The notes under the pieces: model-generated
What the model saw: the letters and a program-made list of their open reading frames with translations, nothing else
What the model was told of the DNA's origin: nothing
Database searches by the model: none
Origin: Candidatus Saccharimonadia bacterium
GTDB taxonomy: Bacteria > Patescibacteriota > Saccharimonadia > Saccharimonadales > SZUA-47
Direction: 5' to 3'
Assembly: GCA_938050265.1 (NCBI GenBank)
Contig: CALLJT010000056.1
Span: 1 to 37,995, forward strand
DNA length: 37,995 nt
Shown: one piece after another, positions 32,677 to 37,995 of the stretch
How the letters are laid out: every line of letters starts with the position of its first letter
How positions within the stretch are numbered: position 1 is the first letter of the stretch
Made by a program: the position numbers and the translations under genes

Positions 32677-33804
32677 ATGTTCGGGTTTACTAAAAACGGC
32701 AAAACACAAGAAGTCACCCTGTCCAACCATACGATTATGCGAATAATCGGGTTCGTGATCGGAACAGTATTGTTGATCCGACTCGTTGAAAACATGACAC
32801 ACCCTATCACACTGATATTTGTGTCGTTTTTCTTGTCTCTTGCGCTTAATCCGGCTGTCACGGCAGTGTCTAAGCGCCTCAAAAGTAAAAGTCGCGTCGG
32901 CGGCACCGCGATAGCCTACGGGCTTGTGTCGACTGGTCTTGTACTGTTCACGGTGCTCGTCGTACCGCCACTGATAGCTCAGACTACCGAGTTTATTCGT
33001 GAAGTCCCTGATACAATTTCTGATCTACGCACGCAGGATAGTGCAATCGGGAACTTCATCCGACGCTATGAACTGGAACAGAGTGTACAGGATTTTGCTA
33101 ACGACTGGACACGCAACCTCGGCAACATTACTGGCCCAGCGCTGACCACTGCTAACCGGGTTCTCAGTGGTGTCGTATCTGCTGTGACGGTGTTTGTCAT
33201 GACGTTTATGATGCTCGTCGAAGGGCCGCGGTGGATGGGTGCATTCTGGAAGCAAGTACCACAGCGCCGTCGTAAGCACGACCAAGAGATTGCTAACAAA
33301 ATGTACAAAGTCGTCACGTCGTACGTTAACGGTCAAGTGCTTGTCGCGAGTATCGGTGCGACAATAACCATGGTGTTTTTGGTGATATTTTCAACACTCC
33401 TGGACGAAACAGTTAATGCCGTCGCGTTAGCCGGAATCGTGTTTCTATTCGGCCTTATACCGACTATCGGTGCGATGCTGGGTGCTGTTGCAGTACTGGT
33501 GTTTACGCTTGTGGTCAATCCTACATTGGCGCTCATCATGCTTGGATTTTTCATCATCTACCAGCAGGTAGAAAACGCGACTATCCAACCGTACATCCAG
33601 TCACGCGGCAACGACCTGACACCACTGCTTGTGTTCATCGCAGCAATTATGGGTATCGGTCTTAACGGCATCTTGGGCGGCTTTGTGGCCATCCCAATCG
33701 CCGGTTGTATTAAGGTACTCGTTGACGACAGGCTCGAACAGCGCGAGATGTCTGAGGCGCCCGTTAGACTCGGCTCTTCAAAACTGAAATACAAGAAAAA
33801 ATAA
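32677..33804 (+). CDS. AI-2E family transporter (PerM/UPF0118)
   Basis: Multiple TM spans and family-typical C-terminal blocks (GLIPTIGAMLGAV..., IIYQQVENATIQPYIQSRG, GGFVAIPIAG). I place the start at ATG 32677 (MFGFTKNG...), with TATACT (32664..32669) 7 nt upstream. The ORF-track GTG 32605 lies in a GT-rich non-coding-looking tract. Confidence 0.85.
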   Translation: MFGFTKNGKTQEVTLSNHTIMRIIGFVIGTVLLIRLVENMTHPITLIFVSFFLSLALNPAVTAVSKRLKSKSRVGGTAIAYGLVSTGLVLFTVLVVPPLIAQTTEFIREVPDTISDLRTQDSAIGNFIRRYELEQSVQDFANDWTRNLGNITGPALTTANRVLSGVVSAVTVFVMTFMMLVEGPRWMGAFWKQVPQRRRKHDQEIANKMYKVVTSYVNGQVLVASIGATITMVFLVIFSTLLDETVNAVALAGIVFLFGLIPTIGAMLGAVAVLVFTLVVNPTLALIMLGFFIIYQQVENATIQPYIQSRGNDLTPLLVFIAAIMGIGLNGILGGFVAIPIAGCIKVLVDDRLEQREMSEAPVRLGSSKLKYKKK

Positions 33805-33849
33805 CAGTACTCCCACCCTCAAGTCATGTCGGACCCGGACAAGGCTTTA

Positions 33850-35733
33850 TTAGATTTTTTTGACTGTGAAATCTAACTGGATTGGGCGGGATATCGCTTG
33901 CAGGCGCTCCTGCGAGTTGATGGATATGCCATGTTGACTGGCATGGGTGTACAGCGTGATGTGAGCTGGCTGTGGAGGTATAGCTACTTTGTATCGAGCA
34001 CTCATTTGTTCGAAGAACTCGTTAAGTCCCGGGACTTCTACCATGACGACTATTGAACGCTCCGTGCCGTCCTGGACTTCTCGGTACTCATCGCTCAGCG
34101 ACCACGTATCTATGGGTGACGACGAAAGGTATTCGATGAACGCATCGTGCAGCTCCTTTTCAGTCAGTCTTGCATTGTTGGGTGCAACGAGGGGGGCTGT
34201 ACGTTTTAGGCTAATAAGTGTGATGTGAAATTCTGATCTGGCCTTATATGTTATGCCATCCACCACAAGACTACGTGGCAATGGGCCGAGGTCAACCCCG
34301 AAGTGTGAAAAAGAGCGAAAGAAATCGGCGTAAGTGATATGCCTACTTATCTTGTATGTCTTTTCTCGCGTCCTATGCCAGAGCTGCGTATCGCCCGTAT
34401 CTAGCACAGTGACACGGTGATGCGCCAGTACGTCGCGTAGCGTGTCAGACAGTTCCCATTGTTTCTCTGAGCGGGCAGTTCCTCGATCTATGAGTATACG
34501 CTGTAGTTCGTCTTCAAGGTCCTCAACAGTAAGGTCGATTCCAGTCAGAGTCTTGATGTTGTTGACTGCGCGGTCACTGAGGTATGAATGCTTTGATATG
34601 TGCTTGTCGATGATCGCGCTCACGCGTGGCGTATCGAGGTCGTCTGCCAGGGCAGCTTTGATGTCGCTTTCGAGCTGTGTATCGTGTGCATCTTCGTCAG
34701 GCTCTGCTACCTTTTGCTTGCCATACGCTGCTGCTTTTTGCCAGTTTTCCAGTCGGTTCTGGGCAGCGTCCAGGATGTCCCAGGTGAAGTTGCCTTCTGT
34801 GCGGTAGTGTTTGGACAAAAGCATGAGTTTGAATGCGTCGATTTCGAAGTCTTTGTCCAATACGTCTTGGAGCGTGTATACGTTGCCTTTGGATTTGGCC
34901 ATTTTGCCACCGTCGATCTTGATATGGTTGTTGTGCACCCAGAACGTTGCAAAAGGCTTGCCTGTTGCGGATTCGGTTTGCGCGATTTCGTTGGTGTGGT
35001 GGACTGGTATGTGGTCAATCCCACCGGTATGTATGTCGATCTGGTCACCGAGGTGCTCACGTGCTATGACTGAGCATTCCAGGTGCCAGCCAGGAAAACC
35101 TTTGCCCCATGGGCTGTCCCATTCCATATCGCGCTGTGCGCCCTGCGGTGAAAACTTCCAGAGTGCAAAATCTGTCGAATTACGCTTACCGTTGACTCGT
35201 ACACGTGCACCTTCTTGCAACCCAGCTATATCAAGCCGTGCCAGTTTTCCGTAGTCGTCGAGTTGGCTTGCGTCAAAGTACACCCCTTCCCCGTCTATTG
35301 TGTAGGTGTAGCCTTTTGTTTCGAGGTCTTGGACGAACGCAATTTGCTCGTTAATACAGTCAGTTGCGCGTATCAGTGTTGGTTTTTTGAGCTGTAGTAG
35401 CTCGTAGGCTTCTTTGTCGGCTATGTTGATGTATTTTGTAGCTACTTCCCAGGCAGTCATGCCTTCGCTGCGAGCGCCTTTTTCCATCTTGTCTTCACCG
35501 TTATCATCGTCGCTGACAAGGTGACCGACGTCGGTGATGTTCTGGATACGCCGCACATTGTATCCTTCTGCCTCGAGTGCACGTTGCAGGACGTCCCAGT
35601 AGACGTACGACACCCAGTTACCGATGTGTGGTTGACTGTATACGGTGAGTCCACAGGTATATAGAGACACTTCACCTGGCTTGAGCGGCTGCAGTTCTTC
35701 TTTTGTCCTGGTGAGTGTGTTGTAGAGCTTCAT
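33850..35733 (-). CDS. cysS: Cysteine--tRNA ligase fused to a C-terminal 2H-phosphoesterase-like domain
   Basis: Class I motifs HIGN and KMAKS, and a normal CysRS C-terminal end at about aa 454 (...DTGDTQLWHR). The ORF then continues for ~173 more residues in frame. The extension contains EFHITLIS and PAHITLYT 88 aa apart. GAGGG Shine-Dalgarno 5 nt upstream of the ATG. Confidence 0.93.
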   Translation of the reverse strand: MKLYNTLTRTKEELQPLKPGEVSLYTCGLTVYSQPHIGNWVSYVYWDVLQRALEAEGYNVRRIQNITDVGHLVSDDDNGEDKMEKGARSEGMTAWEVATKYINIADKEAYELLQLKKPTLIRATDCINEQIAFVQDLETKGYTYTIDGEGVYFDASQLDDYGKLARLDIAGLQEGARVRVNGKRNSTDFALWKFSPQGAQRDMEWDSPWGKGFPGWHLECSVIAREHLGDQIDIHTGGIDHIPVHHTNEIAQTESATGKPFATFWVHNNHIKIDGGKMAKSKGNVYTLQDVLDKDFEIDAFKLMLLSKHYRTEGNFTWDILDAAQNRLENWQKAAAYGKQKVAEPDEDAHDTQLESDIKAALADDLDTPRVSAIIDKHISKHSYLSDRAVNNIKTLTGIDLTVEDLEDELQRILIDRGTARSEKQWELSDTLRDVLAHHRVTVLDTGDTQLWHRTREKTYKISRHITYADFFRSFSHFGVDLGPLPRSLVVDGITYKARSEFHITLISLKRTAPLVAPNNARLTEKELHDAFIEYLSSSPIDTWSLSDEYREVQDGTERSIVVMVEVPGLNEFFEQMSARYKVAIPPQPAHITLYTHASQHGISINSQERLQAISRPIQLDFTVKKI

Positions 35734-35742
35734 GGGCGCCCT

Positions 35743-35827
35743 CTAGTTGGAGTAGATGGTAGGCGGTAGATAGTAGGTGAGGTAGCTGCGCTTGGTCGGG
35801 ACTCTGTCTTATCTCTTATCTCTTGTC
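35743..35827. repeat. Short periodic repeats in the nrnA-cysS intergenic region
   Basis: On the plus strand, GTAG recurs at 35752, 35759, 35766, 35773 and 35782 (spacing 7, 7, 7, 9), with CTAG at 35743. On the cysS-sense strand this reads as CUAC repeats. Three tandem heptamers TCTTATC/TCTTATC/TCTTGTC lie at 35807..35827. Confidence 0.6.
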
Positions 35828-35834
35828 TCATACC

Positions 35835-36860
35835 TCATGTCTCACTTTCTAGGGCATCCAGCAGTTCAACTGCCTTAGCGTTGACGCGTTTTTTGAGTTC
35901 GTCTATGTTGGTTTGATCCTGGATTTTGAACCCAGCAGCGTATGGGTGGCCACCTCCATCAAAGTGCTCCGCAAGCTCTGCTGCTATGGGGAAGCCGAAG
36001 TTAGCGCGCAGTTTGGCGGTTATGCGCCCGTTGTTGTACACTTTGTAGCCAATAACGATGCCAACCCCTTGAGTCATGCGTAAATCGTCCATGACGAGCA
36101 TGGTGGGGTTGTAGAGCGGGCTGAACTGCTCGATCTCTTTCCACGGTATGGTGACCGAAGCGATCCGTCCGTCGTCTGACAGTTCGCAGCGCTGCAGCAA
36201 CTGACCTTTGTAGTCAAGTAGGCGTGGGTCCTTCATCATGGTGCTGCGCCGTTGCTGTTCGAGCTTCGGTATTGAGACGCCGTGTTCGACGAGATTGGCG
36301 ACCGTATGGATGCTCGTCGGCGTCGTAGCGTCCGTGGTGAGCCCCAGAGAATCGCTCATGATTGATCGTACCATCAGCTCGCACGCGTCGAGTGGGAGCG
36401 GCCACTGCAGTTTGGTAGCGATGTCGTAGATAAGTTCGCCTGTCGCAACCGCGTCTGATTTGATAGTGAGGTCTGCGTAGCTGATGCCGTCGCTCCCAGC
36501 GTGGTGGTCAAGTACTACAAGTGGCTTAGACTTGACGAACCCCCACGCGGTTTGTCGTTCAAAATATTCAAATAGTGATTCAGTACTGTTGTCTACGACA
36601 ATGCTCATGTCGAAGCTGCTCGGTAGATCTCGCCCCACCCTGTCCCATCCATCGATGTATCGCAGATACACGGGCATATCGACCGCACATACCATCATGA
36701 CGCTTTTGCCCATTTCAGTAAGTATCGCCTCTAGGGCAAGGCTGCTCGCCAAGCTATCTCCGTCAGGGTTGTCGGCCTGCAGGACAAGGATTGTCTGAGC
36801 GTTCTTGATGAGTGTACTAAACTCAGCAAGGTCAGTCTCGGTTACAATGTCTTTCGTCAT
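35835..36860 (-). CDS. nrnA: DHH/DHHA1 family phosphoesterase (NrnA-like oligoribonuclease / pAp phosphatase)
   Basis: Motifs DNPDGDSLAS, VLDHHAG (DHH) and GGGHPYAAGF (DHHA1). 341 aa. TATACT (36868..36873, minus) lies 7 nt upstream of the ATG. Confidence 0.85.
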   Translation of the reverse strand: MTKDIVTETDLAEFSTLIKNAQTILVLQADNPDGDSLASSLALEAILTEMGKSVMMVCAVDMPVYLRYIDGWDRVGRDLPSSFDMSIVVDNSTESLFEYFERQTAWGFVKSKPLVVLDHHAGSDGISYADLTIKSDAVATGELIYDIATKLQWPLPLDACELMVRSIMSDSLGLTTDATTPTSIHTVANLVEHGVSIPKLEQQRRSTMMKDPRLLDYKGQLLQRCELSDDGRIASVTIPWKEIEQFSPLYNPTMLVMDDLRMTQGVGIVIGYKVYNNGRITAKLRANFGFPIAAELAEHFDGGGHPYAAGFKIQDQTNIDELKKRVNAKAVELLDALESET

Positions 36861-36949
36861 ACCATCAAGTATATAGCATCAAGCGGCATGGATATTGCAT
36901 AAAAATAAAAACATAGCTTTTGAATCACTGATGCTGCGGATAAGAGCCG

Positions 36950-37381
36950 CTACAGGTTCTCTAGTGGTATCTCGAGTTTGCGCGAAGCTTTGCGGCTCCA
37001 ACTGAGCAAGCGGTTGAACTGCGCCTTGAGTGCCGCATGTTCGAGGTCGCTGTCGTCGAGATTCTTGTAGATTGCATCGACGGTGACATGTATTGAATCT
37101 ATATGCTTGTTCTGGTGTTTTACCCCGGCTTCGATGTCAGCCTTGAACGCATAGATCAAGTCCAGGAGTTTGTCGATTTTACTATCCTGTGCGTCCATTC
37201 GTTTGCTCAAGTTTTCGACCTGTGTGTCGATGCGGTTAGATAGGCTCTCGTTTTGCTTGTCGATTTTAAGACTGAGATCGTCAAATTTATCATTTTGTTG
37301 CTGTAGACCACCTCTGAACTCAGAACGAAAATCCTGAAGCAGGGTGATGAGCTGGTCCATGTTTGCAGAGTCTTTAGCCAT
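36950..37381 (-). CDS. Hypothetical coiled-coil protein
   Basis: Heptad-rich sequence with internal repeats (DKQNESLSNRIDTQVENLSKRMDAQDSKIDKL). I place the start at ATG 37381 (MAKDSANM...), with TATACT (37388..37393, minus) 6 nt upstream. The ORF-track start 37408 would include that box. Confidence 0.5.
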   Translation of the reverse strand: MAKDSANMDQLITLLQDFRSEFRGGLQQQNDKFDDLSLKIDKQNESLSNRIDTQVENLSKRMDAQDSKIDKLLDLIYAFKADIEAGVKHQNKHIDSIHVTVDAIYKNLDDSDLEHAALKAQFNRLLSWSRKASRKLEIPLENL

Positions 37382-37484
37382 ATTCCAAGTATACCAGTCC
37401 TGGTTCATCTGAAAATTAAAAGCATATTAAATCTTGACACGTTGAGTTAACTGCTCTGTATTGCTACACGGTGTCCGCTGATCG

Positions 37485-37605
37485 TCTGACCCACAGTCAC
37501 TTTTTTCTCAAGAGTAGTATAAGCGTAGTGCAGCCAGAGATACCCCTCCTAGGGGTTGCCCTGCGCGAAACGCTACTCGAGAGGAGAAAGTGGCTGTGGG
37601 TCAGA
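37485..37605 (-). mobile_element. MITE-like palindromic element, copy 2 (inverted relative to copy 1)
   Basis: The reverse complement aligns to 19112..19230 without indels, with about 9-10 mismatches. Same terminal inverted repeats (CTGACCCACAG.../...CTGTGGGTCAG). Flanking 7-bp direct repeat CTGATCG (37478..37484 and 37606..37612). Confidence 0.65.
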
Positions 37606-37640
37606 CTGATCGCTGAGCAGCAAGTTCGATGTAGTGTACT

Positions 37641-37995
37641 CTACAGTTTCTGGCGTTGTTCCAGTGCGCGACCGAGAGTGATTTGGTCGGCGTACTCAAG
37701 GTCAACACCTATCGGCAGACCTTGGGCCAGTCGTGTGATTATGATGTCGAGTGGTTTGAGCTCTTGCTGTATGTAGAGAGCAGTCGTTTCGCCTTCTACG
37801 CTGGCGTTTGTGGCAAGTATGATTTCTTTGACGTCGTCCTGCTTGATGCGAGACATAAGTTCTGGGATGTGGAGTTGTTCTGGCCCGACACCGTCGATCG
37901 GTGATATGAGCCCACCAAGCACGTGGTATGTACCTTTGAATGCACGAGTTTTTTCCATGGCAATGATGTCGAACGGCTCCGCGACGAGTGCGACT
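37641..37995 (-). CDS. recR: Recombination protein RecR, N-terminus outside the window
   Basis: Toprim/C-terminal RecR blocks [40 protein letters not shown] and [16 protein letters not shown]. The reading frame stays open upstream of the ORF-track Met (...[16 protein letters not shown]...) to the window edge. Confidence 0.9.
   Translation of the reverse strand, partial: VALVAEPFDIIAMEKTRAFKGTYHVLGGLISPIDGVGPEQLHIPELMSRIKQDDVKEIILATNASVEGETTALYIQQELKPLDIIITRLAQGLPIGVDLEYADQITLGRALEQRQKL

Noticed and set aside
35743-35827. Possible CRISPR array or other long tandem repeat anywhere in the window; this is the nearest candidate.
   Set aside because: The repeats are only 7 nt with no spacers of CRISPR size, and no cas genes are present. 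I record them as a short periodic motif array instead.

Overview
This is a 38-kb chromosomal window from a bacterium using the standard genetic code (TGA ends genes sensibly) with roughly balanced GC by eye. I call 33 protein-coding genes, tightly packed, two of them running off the window edges. I found no rRNA, tRNA, CRISPR array, transposase or phage genes. Housekeeping genes are pgi, cysS, recR, an NrnA-type DHH phosphoesterase and an FKBP PPIase. Envelope and secreted functions dominate the rest. They include a translationally coupled processive GT2 synthase / GT-C / two glycoside hydrolase operon, two GT4 transferases, a VanY-like carboxypeptidase, a DsbA-like protein, a large beta-propeller/PKD surface protein, two ABC exporters and an AI-2E transporter. 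Many of these proteins have an N-terminal membrane anchor followed by a low-complexity linker. That pattern, with no outer-membrane genes, fits a reduced monoderm lineage (Patescibacteria/Saccharimonadia-like or actinobacteria-like), but this is inference only. The observations most worth follow-up are listed here. (1) CysRS carries an in-frame C-terminal domain with the double H-x-T-x signature of 2H phosphoesterases. (2) A ~120-bp MITE-like palindromic element is present twice in opposite orientations, each copy flanked by a 7-bp direct duplication. (3) A ~120-bp promoter/5' module is duplicated in front of two unrelated genes. (4) A TATACT-type -10 box sits 6-10 nt upstream of the ATG of about 14 genes, implying widespread leaderless mRNAs and correcting several ORF-track starts. 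(5) The polysaccharide operon includes a GH5 enzyme with a dockerin-like module. (6) The DsbA-like gene is coupled to an uncharacterised 4-TM protein with an intramembrane CxxC. All family assignments come from motif recognition by eye, and no database search was run.
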